A stretch of DNA of 64,000 nucleotides from Longimicrobiales bacterium (GCA_965116905.1 OZ220732.1:1440001-1504000); one strand, 5' to 3'; shown: positions 18,933 through 29,634, counted from the first letter of the stretch. A program made the numbers and translations. The notes: generated from the sequence alone by a model not told the origin.

Positions 18933-19759
18933 GCGGTGCCGTGGAGGAGTTGCTGAGCCAGGTGACCACCGAGCCGGGACCCGAGCCGGCCGTCGAGTTT
19001 CCCTTCCAGCGAGGCCGGGTCGCGCTCATCACCGGGGGTTCGAGCGGAATCGGCAGGGCGACGGCGATCGGATTCGCCCGCGGAGGTGTCCACATCGCGT
19101 TCAACTACCTGGACACCGGGGCTGCCAGCCGGCGCGCCGCCGTCGAAACCGCGGGGACGCTCAAGGAGAGCGGAGTCCGGGTCTTCGCGCGCTCGGGAGA
19201 CGTGCGCGATTCCGCCTGGGTCCGCGAATTCGTCGCATCGGCTCACGAGCGGCTCGGGGGGCTGCATTTTCTCGTCAACAACGCCGGTGTGGGCCGCGAC
19301 CGGGCCCTGTGGCGCATGAGCGACGAGGAGTGGGCGTCGGTCATCGACACCAACCTCACGGGAGCTTTCTACTTCACCCGTGAAGTCGCGCCCCACCTCC
19401 GTGAACAGGAGTTCGGCAAGATCGTCAACATCTCTTCCGTGCACGGGCTCTCGAGCGAATTCGGTCTTGCGAACTACTGCTCGTCGAAGGCCGGGATGAT
19501 CGGGCTTACGCGCAGCACGGCAGTGGAACTCGGGCCCTCGAACATCAACGTGAACGCCGTGGCGCCGGGCTACATCCGTACGACCCGGCTTACGGACCGG
19601 GTTCCTGCGGAGATCCTGGACCGGGCCCGGGAGGCGAGCGTACTCGGGCGGCTGGGCGATCCGCAGGATGTGGTGTCGGTGATCCTGTTCCTCTGCTCGG
19701 AGATGGCGCGCCATATTACCGGGGCCGTGATTCCCGTTGACGGGGGATACCTGATATGA
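18929..19759 (+). CDS. Classical SDR (FabG/acetoacetyl-CoA reductase-like)
   Basis: [19 protein letters not shown] (YxxxK), VNAVAPG, VDGG. Confidence 0.9.
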   Translation: MSGAVEELLSQVTTEPGPEPAVEFPFQRGRVALITGGSSGIGRATAIGFARGGVHIAFNYLDTGAASRRAAVETAGTLKESGVRVFARSGDVRDSAWVREFVASAHERLGGLHFLVNNAGVGRDRALWRMSDEEWASVIDTNLTGAFYFTREVAPHLREQEFGKIVNISSVHGLSSEFGLANYCSSKAGMIGLTRSTAVELGPSNINVNAVAPGYIRTTRLTDRVPAEILDRAREASVLGRLGDPQDVVSVILFLCSEMARHITGAVIPVDGGYLI

Positions 19760-19772
19760 AGGACTGGAAGCC

Positions 19773-20153
19773 ATGAAGGACTGGAAGACCGAGCTGACAC
19801 CGGAACAATACCGCGTCACCCGCAAGGGGGGGACCGAGCGGGCGTTCACCGGCGAATACTGGGACCACAAGGAGGACGGAACCTATCGCTGCGTGTGTTG
19901 CGGCCAGCCCCTCTTCGAGTCGTCCGACAAGTTCGACTCCGGCACGGGATGGCCAAGCTTCACCCGGCCCGCGGCCGCCGAGAACGTCGGCGAGAAGGAG
20001 GACCGCAAGTTCTTCATGCGCCGGACCGAGGTCGTGTGCAACCATTGCGACGCCCATCTGGGACACGTGTTTCCGGACGGACCGGGGCCGGGGGGACAGC
20101 GCTACTGCATCAACTCCGCGTCGCTGGACTTCGAATCCGCGGGCGGGGAATGA
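19773..20153 (+). CDS. msrB: Peptide-methionine (R)-S-oxide reductase MsrB
   Basis: [35 protein letters not shown], two CxxC. Confidence 0.97.
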   Translation: MKDWKTELTPEQYRVTRKGGTERAFTGEYWDHKEDGTYRCVCCGQPLFESSDKFDSGTGWPSFTRPAAAENVGEKEDRKFFMRRTEVVCNHCDAHLGHVFPDGPGPGGQRYCINSASLDFESAGGE

Positions 20154-20165
20154 GTATATGAGTAT

Positions 20166-21182
20166 ATGAGTAAGACGATCACGGTGATCCCCGGTGACGG
20201 GATCGGCCCGGAGGTGACCGGTGCGGTCCTGCGCATCCTCGAGGCCGCGGACGCGGACCTCGAATACGACCGGCAGACGGCGGGAATCGGGGCGGTGGCC
20301 TCGCACGGCAACCCGCTCCCCCAGGAGACCGTCGATTCGATCGACGCCAACGGGGTGGCGCTGAAGGGTCCGCTCACCACGCCGTCGGGGTCGGGATTCC
20401 GTTCCATCAACGTCGCCATTCGCAAGCACTTCGATCTCTTCGCCAACGTCCGCCCGGTTCGCACCATGCTGCCCGGCGGGCGCTACGAGGACATCGACCT
20501 CGTCCTGATCCGGGAAAACACGGAGGGCCTGTACGTCGGCGTCGAGCACTTCATCGGGATGGACCGGGACCCCAAGGCGGCGGCGGAATCGGTGATGATC
20601 ACCACGCGCTACGGCTCCGAGAGGATCGTCCGCTTCGCGTTCGACTACGCGGTCGCGAACGGCCGGCGCAAGGTGACGCTCGCGCACAAGGCCAACATCC
20701 TGAAGCACACGCAGGGGCTGTTCCTGGAGGTGGGCAAGCGCATGGCCGAGAACTACGCCGACAGGGTCGGGTTCGAGGACCGGATCATCGACGCCACGGC
20801 CATGTACCTCGTCCTGGACCCGTACCGGTTCGACGTCCTTGTCATGGAGAACATGTTCGGCGACATCCTGAGCGATCTGATGGCGGGGCTCGTGGGCGGG
20901 CTGGGGTTTGCGCCGGCAGGCAACATCGGCGAGGGCCACGCGGTCTTCGAGGCCGTGCACGGCTCCGCGCCCGACATCGCGGGGCAGGGCGTCGCCAACC
21001 CGACGGGACTGCTGCTCTCCGCTTGCATGTTGCTGGACCATGTGGGCCAGGCCGAAGCGGCCGCGCGCGTGCGCGCGGCGGTGTCCTCGGTGATCGGCGA
21101 CGGTGCGGCCCGCACGCACGACATGGGCGGCACGCACGGCACGGCGGCGTTCACCGATGCGGTCATCGGGGCGCTGGCGTGA
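20166..21182 (+). CDS. Isocitrate/isopropylmalate dehydrogenase family protein (NAD-IDH-like)
   Basis: [47 protein letters not shown]. Confidence 0.92.
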   Translation: MSKTITVIPGDGIGPEVTGAVLRILEAADADLEYDRQTAGIGAVASHGNPLPQETVDSIDANGVALKGPLTTPSGSGFRSINVAIRKHFDLFANVRPVRTMLPGGRYEDIDLVLIRENTEGLYVGVEHFIGMDRDPKAAAESVMITTRYGSERIVRFAFDYAVANGRRKVTLAHKANILKHTQGLFLEVGKRMAENYADRVGFEDRIIDATAMYLVLDPYRFDVLVMENMFGDILSDLMAGLVGGLGFAPAGNIGEGHAVFEAVHGSAPDIAGQGVANPTGLLLSACMLLDHVGQAEAAARVRAAVSSVIGDGAARTHDMGGTHGTAAFTDAVIGALA

Positions 21183-21493
21183 GCACCGAGCCGCGTGCGG
21201 GGGACCTGACCTGCGGCCGGTGCGGGCGTGGATGCCGTGCCCGAGTGCTGGACCGCCATCTCTGGTGCGAGGACTGCGTGGCGGCCGGGCGGGGGGAGGC
21301 GGGGCGGGTGGGGTGGATCTGCGGTGCGGTGATGGCGGCCCTGTTGGCCGCGTGGATCTACTTCGTCCAGCAGCCCTCCGCGATGCTGCTCGGGGGCTGG
21401 ATCGGCGCCGTGCTGGCGACATTGTGGCTGGGTGCCCGGGCGGGACGGGAACTGACGTACGGGGTTCTGCGCTTCCGTCACAGGCCGCGTTGA
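21179..21493 (+). CDS. Small membrane protein with an N-terminal Zn-ribbon-like CxxC pair
   Basis: GTG overlaps the upstream stop; CGRC...CEDC followed by two TM helices. Confidence 0.6.
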   Translation: MSTEPRAGDLTCGRCGRGCRARVLDRHLWCEDCVAAGRGEAGRVGWICGAVMAALLAAWIYFVQQPSAMLLGGWIGAVLATLWLGARAGRELTYGVLRFRHRPR

Positions 21494-21530
21494 GTCGAAA
21501 TTTGTGACCATCGATCCGGAGACGACTTGA

Positions 21531-22715
21531 ATGGCAGCCAAGTTCGACGGCACTGACTTCTACGATGTGGACTCGCTCCTGTCCGAAGAGGAGCGCATGG
21601 TCCGGGACACGATCCGGGATTGGGTCGAGGACCGGGTCATGCCGATTATCGGCGACGCGTACACCGAGCGGCGGTTCCCCACCGAGCTGATCCCCGAAAT
21701 CGGGGAACTCGGCATGCTGGGCGCCAACCTGCCCGCCGAGTACGGGTGTGCCGAACTCAACAACGTCTGCTACGGGCTCATCATGCAGGAACTCGAGCGC
21801 GGCGATTCCGGCATCCGGTCCTTCGTGTCGGTGCAGGGGGCGCTGGTCATGTACCCCATCTACGCGTTCGGCAGCGAAGACCACCGGCGAACCTGGCTGC
21901 CGGCGCTCGCGTCCGGGGAGAAGATCGGCTGCTTTGGCCTCACCGAGCCCGACTACGGGTCGAACCCCGTGGGCATGATCACGCGTGCCCGCCAGACCTC
22001 CGACGGCTGGGTGCTGAACGGCACCAAGATGTGGATCACCAACGGTTCGATGGCCGACGTAGCGGTGGTCTGGGCCCAGACCGCCGAGCCGGGTGACTCA
22101 CGGGGCATCCGCGGCTTCGTGGTCCCGACCGACACCCCGGGCTTCAGCGCCCGCGACCAGAAGGGGAAGCTGTCGCTCCTCGCGTCGGACACGAGCGAGA
22201 TCGTCCTGGAGGACGTGCACCTGCCCGCCGACGCCCTGATGCCGGAGACCTCGGGGATCAAGAACCCGCTGATGTGCCTGACCCAGGCACGCTACGGGAT
22301 CTCCTGGGGAGCGGTGGGCGCGGCCATGGGCTGCTTCCACGAGGCGGTGGACTACGCCGGCCAGCGCGTCATGTTCGACGGGGTCATCGCGGGGAAGCAG
22401 ATCCAGCAGGTGCGGATCGCCGACATGCTGACCTCGATCACGCAGGGGCAGCTGCTGTGCCTGCGGCTGGGGCGCCTGAAGGACCAGGGCACGATGACGC
22501 CGCAGCAGGTCAGTCTGGCCAAGCGCGCCAACGTGAACATGGCGTGTGACATCGCGCGCGAGGCGCGCCGTCTGCTCGGCGCCAACGGGATCCTCGCCGA
22601 GTACTCCGCCATGCGCCACATGGCCAACCTGGAGTCGGTGTACACCTACGAGGGGACCCACGACGTCCACTCGCTGATCCTTGGTCAGACGGTCACGGGG
22701 ATCTCGGCGTTCTGA
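21531..22715 (+). CDS. Acyl-CoA dehydrogenase, glutaryl-CoA dehydrogenase-like
   Basis: [47 protein letters not shown]. Confidence 0.9.
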   Translation: MAAKFDGTDFYDVDSLLSEEERMVRDTIRDWVEDRVMPIIGDAYTERRFPTELIPEIGELGMLGANLPAEYGCAELNNVCYGLIMQELERGDSGIRSFVSVQGALVMYPIYAFGSEDHRRTWLPALASGEKIGCFGLTEPDYGSNPVGMITRARQTSDGWVLNGTKMWITNGSMADVAVVWAQTAEPGDSRGIRGFVVPTDTPGFSARDQKGKLSLLASDTSEIVLEDVHLPADALMPETSGIKNPLMCLTQARYGISWGAVGAAMGCFHEAVDYAGQRVMFDGVIAGKQIQQVRIADMLTSITQGQLLCLRLGRLKDQGTMTPQQVSLAKRANVNMACDIAREARRLLGANGILAEYSAMRHMANLESVYTYEGTHDVHSLILGQTVTGISAF

Positions 22716-22746
22716 AGGGGGGGGACCCTGAACGGCGCGAAGAGGG

Positions 22747-24033
22747 CTAGTCGATGGCCACTCGTCCCGCCAGCCCCTTCTGCTTGCTGCCCAGCCACAA
22801 CGCCACCCCCAGCCACACGGCCGCCACCGGCGCCATGGACCAGGCCATCGCGGCCGTGCCGAGCCCGAGCGCCCCGAATCCCGCGAAGGACCATGCCCCG
22901 ACCTGGTCGCCCGTACGGTAGACGAAGGTGTCATTGAAGTTCTTCGCCTTGTACTTGTCGCGGCGGGGCAGGACGGTGTAGAGAACCTCCCGGGCGGGCA
23001 CCGCGAGCGCGAAGTTGCCGGCGCGCCTCAGCACCTGGAAGACGACGAAGACCGCGAAGACGGGCGCCGCGCCGAGGGCGAGGAAGCCGACCACGCTCAG
23101 CAGCGGCAGGAACGCGAGGGTGAGACCGACGCCGAACCGCTTCATGATGCGCCCGGTCAGGAACAGTTGGGTCAGCAGCGTCAGCGCGTTGACCGCCAGG
23201 TTGATGCGCGCGAAGACCGACGTGCGTTCCGCGGGATCGACGAAGGTGCGCGACATGATGTCGGCCTGGATGTTGTACAGGAAGGTGGACCCGATCGTGA
23301 AGAGGAGCATGAAGGCGCAGATGCCCAGCAGATAGCGCGAGGCCAGGACGTGCCTGATCCCGTCCAGCGGAGACCCGCCGATGACTTCTTCGTCCCGGCG
23401 CGGGGCGGCGGCGTCACCGCTCCGGCCGCCCGTCCTCCGGTCCAGCCCCTTCATGCACGCCACCGCGCACTCCAGCAGCACGATCGAGAACCACAGCAGG
23501 GTGGCGGGACTGAGGCTCTCGATCAGGAACGCGGTAATGGACGACCCCAGGATCGCCCCCAGGGTTCCCGCCACGCCGATCAGGCCGAAGAGCCGGCGGC
23601 CCTGCCGCTCCGTGTGGATGTCGGTCATGAAGGACCAGAAGACCGAAACCACGAACAGACTGAAGACGGCCGTCCAGACGAAGAACGACCGCCCGGCCCA
23701 GATCGCCGCCTGCCCGCCCTGCGGCAGCGCGTTCAGCACGATGTAATAGATGACCAGGCACGCCATGAAGAAGCGGTAGGTCACCGTTACGAAGCGCCTC
23801 CGTGGCCACCGGGACACGAGCGCGGCGAAGACGGGATGCGCCAGCAGCATCGCGGCCAGGGTACCCGTGAAGAGCCACGGAATGTTCTCCACGCCCCCGG
23901 CGACGCCCATCTCCTCCCGTATCGGCCGGATCACGTAATAGGCCGACAGCACGCAGAAGAAGTAGCCCGCGGAGAGCGCGACGACACCCGCTTCCTCGGG
24001 GCGGGTGCCGGTAAGGCGGGAGGCGATTGTCAT
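22747..24033 (-). CDS. NTT/TLC-like (ATP:ADP antiporter family) MFS transporter
   Basis: AYYVIRPIREEMG, LFVVSVFWSFMTD, REVLYTV...KYKAKNF.DTFVYRTGD. Confidence 0.85.
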   Translation of the reverse strand: MTIASRLTGTRPEEAGVVALSAGYFFCVLSAYYVIRPIREEMGVAGGVENIPWLFTGTLAAMLLAHPVFAALVSRWPRRRFVTVTYRFFMACLVIYYIVLNALPQGGQAAIWAGRSFFVWTAVFSLFVVSVFWSFMTDIHTERQGRRLFGLIGVAGTLGAILGSSITAFLIESLSPATLLWFSIVLLECAVACMKGLDRRTGGRSGDAAAPRRDEEVIGGSPLDGIRHVLASRYLLGICAFMLLFTIGSTFLYNIQADIMSRTFVDPAERTSVFARINLAVNALTLLTQLFLTGRIMKRFGVGLTLAFLPLLSVVGFLALGAAPVFAVFVVFQVLRRAGNFALAVPAREVLYTVLPRRDKYKAKNFNDTFVYRTGDQVGAWSFAGFGALGLGTAAMAWSMAPVAAVWLGVALWLGSKQKGLAGRVAID

Positions 24034-24164
24034 GGCGGTCGTGGTGCGTTCCTGGAGCTCCGTCTCGGAAGCGGTCGCAACTTGCCTCCGTTGGAGGATG
24101 GGCTTCTTTTCGGGTACGTCAATGGCCGGGTGGGCATATCTCTCGCTTCCGCAGGACGGCGCCC

Positions 24165-25541
24165 GTGAACCGAATCATCAACATGAAGCGCGGCGAGCTT
24201 CCCCTGGCCGCCATGTCCGCGCTCTTCTTCTTCGTCATTCTCTGCGGGTACTTCTTCCTCCGTCCGGTGCGCGAGGCGATGGGTGTCGCGCGCGGCATGG
24301 ACGAACTGCGCTGGCTTTTCGCGATCAACTGCTTCGCGTCGCTCGGCGCGGTCCTGGCCTTCGGCGGCGTCGTGGCGCGCACGAACCGGCGCCGCTTCAT
24401 CCCCGTGGCCTACCTCTTCGTGATCGTGTGCCTGATCGGGTTCGCCGCACTGCTGATCCAGGATGTGCGGTCGGGGGGCGGTCTGATCGGCACCGATGCG
24501 CAGACCGCGCTCTCACGGGGCGTGGGCTACTCCTTCTACATCTGGCTCACGGTCATCAACCTGTTCACCACCAGCGTTTTCTGGGCGTTCATGGTGGACA
24601 TCTTCAACGTCGACCAGGGCAAGAGGATGTTCGCCTTCATCGGGATCGGCGGCACGTTGGGCGCCATATGCGGAAGCTGGTGGACCACCGTCATCAGCAA
24701 TTGGACGGAGAGCCCCTACCTTCCCGCGGGCCTCATGCTGATCGGGGCGGCGTTCTTCGCGGTGGCGATCGCCGTCATGCTGATTCTGGAAAGGATGGCG
24801 GTGCAGTCGGACGCATCCGCGATGGAAGCGATCGGCAGCGGTACCGCCGGCGATGGGCCGGGAGACGGCGAAGGCGAGGGCAGGACCGGGGGCGGGGACG
24901 ACGCAATCGGGGGTACCTTCTGGGACGGCGCCCGTGCGGTCGCAACCTCGCCGTACCTGCTCGGGGTCGGCCTGTGGGTGGTGTTCATGGCCGTGTCCAA
25001 CACGCTGATCTACTTCACCCAGGCGAACATCATCCTGGGCGATTCCGACACCTTCAGCCAGCTGCTCGGCAACTTCGCGCAGTTCGACAACCTGGCGCAG
25101 ATCGCGACGCTGATCACCCAGATCTTCATCACCACGCACGTGATCCGGAAGCTGGGCGTGGGGTGGACGCTGGCGATCCTGCCGCTCGTGACCCTGGCGG
25201 GATTCGCGGTGCTCGCGGTGTGGCCGGTCTACGGCGTCATGCTGATCTTCCAGGCCGTGCACCGGGCGACCCGCTACGCCATTTCAAGGCCCTCCCGCGA
25301 GACGCTCTTCAGCGTCGTGACGCCGTCCGAGAAGTACAAGGCCAAGCCGGTCGTCGACGTGTTCCTGTACCGGGGCGGCGATCTCGCCGGCGCGGGGATC
25401 GATGGTGCCTTCGCGCTACTCGGGCTGACCCTGGTGTGGGTTGCGGTGTCGACGGGGCCGCTGGCGGCGATGTGGATAGTGCTGTCGATGGGACTCGGAA
25501 GGGCGCAGGCACGGAAGGTGGCAGAAGGAGGCGCCGGGTAG
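24165..25541 (+). CDS. NTT/TLC-like MFS transporter, paralogue 2 (start 24165 or 24183)
   Basis: GYFFLRPVREAMG, LFTTSVFWAFMVD, RETLFSV...KYKAKPVVDVFLYRGGD. Confidence 0.85.
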   Translation: MNRIINMKRGELPLAAMSALFFFVILCGYFFLRPVREAMGVARGMDELRWLFAINCFASLGAVLAFGGVVARTNRRRFIPVAYLFVIVCLIGFAALLIQDVRSGGGLIGTDAQTALSRGVGYSFYIWLTVINLFTTSVFWAFMVDIFNVDQGKRMFAFIGIGGTLGAICGSWWTTVISNWTESPYLPAGLMLIGAAFFAVAIAVMLILERMAVQSDASAMEAIGSGTAGDGPGDGEGEGRTGGGDDAIGGTFWDGARAVATSPYLLGVGLWVVFMAVSNTLIYFTQANIILGDSDTFSQLLGNFAQFDNLAQIATLITQIFITTHVIRKLGVGWTLAILPLVTLAGFAVLAVWPVYGVMLIFQAVHRATRYAISRPSRETLFSVVTPSEKYKAKPVVDVFLYRGGDLAGAGIDGAFALLGLTLVWVAVSTGPLAAMWIVLSMGLGRAQARKVAEGGAG

Positions 25542-25588
25542 CGGCGGGCTCTGGCAGCCCGTGGACAGGATCCCCCCGGCCCGCAAGG

Positions 25589-27229
25589 TCAGTGTGCGGT
25601 CTCCGTCAGCAGCCAGAACGCGATCTCCCGGGCCTCGTCCATCGTGTCGACCCGGTGGCTCTCGGGTATTTCCCGCAACGTGTCGAGCGTGGCCAGGGTC
25701 CGCGCGACCGAACCGGAGAGACCCATGGCGATGCACTCGGTATGCTGGGCCTTGGCGGTGGTGATGAGCCGGCTGATGGTCATGGCGGCACTGTCATCGA
25801 TGTGTCTTGCCTCGGTGAAATCGAATATGACGACTTCGTGGTCCTTGATGTCCTCCCCGATCACACCGTAGAGCTTCTGTGAAGAGGCGACCGTGAAGTT
25901 CCCGTTGAGGCGCACGAGGCCCACGCGCGCGGCATAGCGGTCGAGGTCCTCCGCGCCCGCGAGACCGGCGAACATCACGTGGTCCAGCACGGGCACGGAG
26001 ACCACGCTTTCCAGCTCCAGCGCTTCGATTTGCCGGGCGTGCACCATGCCGGCTGCGATCAGACCGATGGCCACCGCCGTGACCAGGTCGACGAACACGG
26101 TCAACCCGAGGGTGAGCAGCATGACCAGGAGATGCTCTCGTCGGATCCGGTGGATGCGTGTGAGCAGCGGCCAGTCGATGATGTCCCAGCCGACCTTCAT
26201 CAGGATCCCCGCAAGGACGGCGTGGGGGATCGGTTCGACATACTGCCCGAGTCCGAGCACAAGCGCCAGGACGAGGAGCGCGCGCAGTGCGCCCGACACC
26301 TGCGTTGCGCCGCCGGCGCGGATGTTGGTCACCGTGCCCATGGTGGCGCCGGCGCCGGGAAGTCCCCCGAAGACCCCCGACACCATGTTGCCGATGCCCT
26401 GGCCGACGAGTTCGCGATTCGGGTTGTGACGCGTCCCGGTGAGGGAGTCCGCGACCAGCGAGGTCAGCAGGCTGTCCACCGAGCCGAGAAGCGCCAGGAT
26501 CAGGGCGGGCTGAAACGCGCCGACCAGGAAGCTCGCGGTGGGCAGTTCCAGCTGCATTCGGGGCAGTCCGGAGGGGATCTCGCCGATGACCGGCACGTTG
26601 CCCAGCCACAGAATCGAGAGGGCGGTGCCAATCAGCAGCGCAACCAGGAGTCCCGGCAGGTACTTCGCGAGGCGCCGGGGCCACAATACCGCGATGACCA
26701 GAGAGACGGCGGCGAGGGCGAGTGCGCCCGGGTTGAGTTCGGCCAGCGCCTCGGGCAGTGCGCGGAGTGCACCCAGGGGTCCGCCGGCGGCGGGTGCCGC
26801 GCCGAGGAACGGGAGCGCCTGGATCAGCATGATGATCAGCCCGACCCCGGACATGAACCCCGAAATCACGACGTAGGGGGTGTAGACTACGAAGCGGCCC
26901 ATCCGCAGCAGCCCCAGCAGGATCTGAAGCACCCCTCCGAGTACGACGACCGTGAACGCCTCGGCGAGCGTGGACGCGTGCGTCGTGATGACCACCGCCA
27001 TCGCGACCGTCATCGGACCGGTCGGCCCGGAAATCTGGGACCGCGTGCCCCCGAATACCGACGCGAAGAAGCCGACCGCAATCACGCTGTAGAGACCGGC
27101 GGCCGCGCCCAGGCCGGACGCGACGCCGAAGGCGAGGGCCACCGGCAGCGCCACCACCGCCGACGTCACACCCCCGAACAGGTCGCCGCGGAGGATGTCC
27201 AGGGTGTACGCTTTGCCGTTCAGCTTCAT
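25589..27229 (-). CDS. SulP family inorganic anion transporter with STAS domain
   Basis: GDLFGGVTSAVVALPVALAFG, ISGPTGPM, RELVGQGIGN, GATMGT, C-terminal STAS. Confidence 0.93.
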   Translation of the reverse strand: MKLNGKAYTLDILRGDLFGGVTSAVVALPVALAFGVASGLGAAAGLYSVIAVGFFASVFGGTRSQISGPTGPMTVAMAVVITTHASTLAEAFTVVVLGGVLQILLGLLRMGRFVVYTPYVVISGFMSGVGLIIMLIQALPFLGAAPAAGGPLGALRALPEALAELNPGALALAAVSLVIAVLWPRRLAKYLPGLLVALLIGTALSILWLGNVPVIGEIPSGLPRMQLELPTASFLVGAFQPALILALLGSVDSLLTSLVADSLTGTRHNPNRELVGQGIGNMVSGVFGGLPGAGATMGTVTNIRAGGATQVSGALRALLVLALVLGLGQYVEPIPHAVLAGILMKVGWDIIDWPLLTRIHRIRREHLLVMLLTLGLTVFVDLVTAVAIGLIAAGMVHARQIEALELESVVSVPVLDHVMFAGLAGAEDLDRYAARVGLVRLNGNFTVASSQKLYGVIGEDIKDHEVVIFDFTEARHIDDSAAMTISRLITTAKAQHTECIAMGLSGSVARTLATLDTLREIPESHRVDTMDEAREIAFWLLTETAH

Positions 27230-27336
27230 GAACGATTTGACGTCGGAGAGAGGTCAGCCGTCAAGAGCGGTATGTTTTTTGCGGTTGGTCTTGTTCGTCG
27301 GCCGGGCTTCTGCCGATCCACCCGCGAGACTCTCCT

Positions 27337-29634
27337 TTGCCAATCCTGGAGCTGCAACTGCGATCTTTGAGCGCCGTCTCACTGCTCCTCCCGCTCCTCG
27401 CCGTCACCGTGCACGGCGAGGTTGCCGCCCAGGCCACCGTGCCCACCGACACCCTGCCGCCCGACACTGTGCCCAGCGACCCCGCCCGGGACGCCTATCT
27501 CGACGAGACCGCCCGCCGCCTCGTGCTGGGCGTGAAGGCCGCCCGCGACACCGCGCGGCTCGGCATCGATTCGTACACCGGCCTGACCCGCGAACGCGTG
27601 AACTTCCAGGCGCCCGCCCTGCGCCGCGACCGGCCCTGGGTGAACGGCGAGCGCGTGACGCGGGTCCGCTGGTCGCGCAGCGAGCCCTCGGTGGTGCACG
27701 TCCTGGGGTCCCGGCTCCGGCACCCGGGGATCGGGCCGAACGATCGCCGCCAGTTCTTCCCCGGACTCGGACTGGACCGTTACGCGGCCAATCCGCTGTG
27801 GGATCCGTTCGTACTGGGCGCCACCGACGCGGCTGAGTCAGACGGGGGCGGCACCGTAGTCCGAAGCCCGCTCGCCGCCGATGCGGAGCGCTACTATCAG
27901 TACCGCTCGGGCGACACCCTCTCCGTGCAACTGGCCGACGGTCGCTCGATCGATGTCGTCGCCGTGACCGTGATTCCGCGCATCCGCAGCATCCGGCTTG
28001 TTTCCGCGATCATGTGGGTCGACCGCGAGTCCTTCAATCTGGTGCGTGTAGCATCTCGGCCGGCGAAGCGGGTCGATTCCGAGCTGTCCTGGCAGCTAAG
28101 GCACGATGACGGGTGGAGCCTGGGCCTGGCGATAACGGCGGACGACCCCGGCGCCGATCAGGACTCCGCGCGTGCCCGGCCCGGCATCTTCGAGCGCGTG
28201 GTGAGCGGAGCGATCAACGGGCTCATGGCTCCGCTGGAACTCGATATCTCCGCGATGGTGGTCGACTACGGACTGTGGGAGCTGAAGCACTGGCTTCCAC
28301 GCAGCGTGGTGCTGGAGGCGCACATGACGGTTCGGATGGACGACGGGGCGGAGGCGGATGTGGTTCCCACCATGCCGGTCTCCTTCGACTGGGCGCTGGA
28401 AGTCGAGGACATCCGAGAGCGTGGAGCGGAGGCGCCTGCGGGCATGCCGGGGACGGCCCTGGAGGCTCTGGAGCGCTGGCGCCAACCCGGTGACAGCATC
28501 GAGGGCGACCTGAAATCCGCCGATTCCGGCGAGCTGGTCACCATCACACCCGACGACCGGGCGGCGCTGACCGAGAGCACCCTGCTGCCCCCGACGATCT
28601 GGGAAGACAGGAGAGGCCCGCTCGACCCGGAACTGCTGGCGGGGATTGCCTCCGACCTGGCCGCGATCGGCACGGGCGAGGGAGGCCCCGCGGAGGAGGA
28701 GGCGAGCCCGTGGATCCTGGAACCTCCGGTCAAGACGCTGAGGCTGCTGCGCTACAACCCGGTCGAGGGCGTCTCGATCGGTGCCAGGGTGCTGCGCGAC
28801 TTCGGGCGGTCGAGAGTCCTGTTCACGACGAGAGTGGGTACCCGCGAGTTGGACATTCCCGACATGGACCTGACCTTCCAGCGCGACCGTCCGGGTCACA
28901 GGCTGTGGTTGTCCCTCTACCACGACCTGCGCAGTGGTGAACTGGACGCCGGAGGGGGCGGCGGCAGTCCCGATGCCATCCTGACCGAAGCCGACTCCAC
29001 CGCCTTTCACTGGTCCACCGGCGCCTCGCTGCGCATCCTGCCGGGAGGGGGTCAGCGCAACTGGCTTTCTCTGACCGTCTTCGGTGAACGCGACACCGAG
29101 ATCGGGACGGGCGTGCAGCGGGACCGTTTCGGCGCCTCGGTCGGGTGGCGGCCCTGGTGGGGAGGGCGCGACGGGGCGTTGGCCGGAGGGGGCCGGACCC
29201 TGGTGCGGGGATCGCTGGGGGACAACCCGCACGTAAAGACCATCGCCGAAGCCGTGCTGATCATGCCCCTGGGAGGTGGCAGGTCGCTCGGCGTCCAGAG
29301 CGGGGCGGCCGCGGTGTGGGGCGACCCGGCCCCGCTCGACCTGTGGAACCTGGGAAGCAGCGCCAACTGGCTGCGGGGACATCGCAATTCGGTGCGTGAG
29401 GACAGGGTATGGGGTGCCAGACTGGACCTGCAGCAGCCCGTTCGCTTCCTGCGCGCGTCCGTTTTTGGGGACTGGGTGTCCACCGGGGGCGACGATCTGT
29501 ACGCGGCCGGCGTCGGCCTCGTCTTCATGGACGGGATCGTCCGCCTGGACCTGGCCAAAGGGTTCAGGTTCGGGAGGGTGGGTCGCCCGGACGCCGTCCT
29601 CAGACTGCACCTGTTGGGGGATACGTTCTTCTGA
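27337..29634 (+). CDS. Hypothetical secreted/outer-membrane protein
   Basis: Signal-peptide-like N-terminus, amphipathic beta-strand-like C-terminal third, terminal Phe; TTG start uncertain. Confidence 0.65.
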   Translation: MPILELQLRSLSAVSLLLPLLAVTVHGEVAAQATVPTDTLPPDTVPSDPARDAYLDETARRLVLGVKAARDTARLGIDSYTGLTRERVNFQAPALRRDRPWVNGERVTRVRWSRSEPSVVHVLGSRLRHPGIGPNDRRQFFPGLGLDRYAANPLWDPFVLGATDAAESDGGGTVVRSPLAADAERYYQYRSGDTLSVQLADGRSIDVVAVTVIPRIRSIRLVSAIMWVDRESFNLVRVASRPAKRVDSELSWQLRHDDGWSLGLAITADDPGADQDSARARPGIFERVVSGAINGLMAPLELDISAMVVDYGLWELKHWLPRSVVLEAHMTVRMDDGAEADVVPTMPVSFDWALEVEDIRERGAEAPAGMPGTALEALERWRQPGDSIEGDLKSADSGELVTITPDDRAALTESTLLPPTIWEDRRGPLDPELLAGIASDLAAIGTGEGGPAEEEASPWILEPPVKTLRLLRYNPVEGVSIGARVLRDFGRSRVLFTTRVGTRELDIPDMDLTFQRDRPGHRLWLSLYHDLRSGELDAGGGGGSPDAILTEADSTAFHWSTGASLRILPGGGQRNWLSLTVFGERDTEIGTGVQRDRFGASVGWRPWWGGRDGALAGGGRTLVRGSLGDNPHVKTIAEAVLIMPLGGGRSLGVQSGAAAVWGDPAPLDLWNLGSSANWLRGHRNSVREDRVWGARLDLQQPVRFLRASVFGDWVSTGGDDLYAAGVGLVFMDGIVRLDLAKGFRFGRVGRPDAVLRLHLLGDTFF

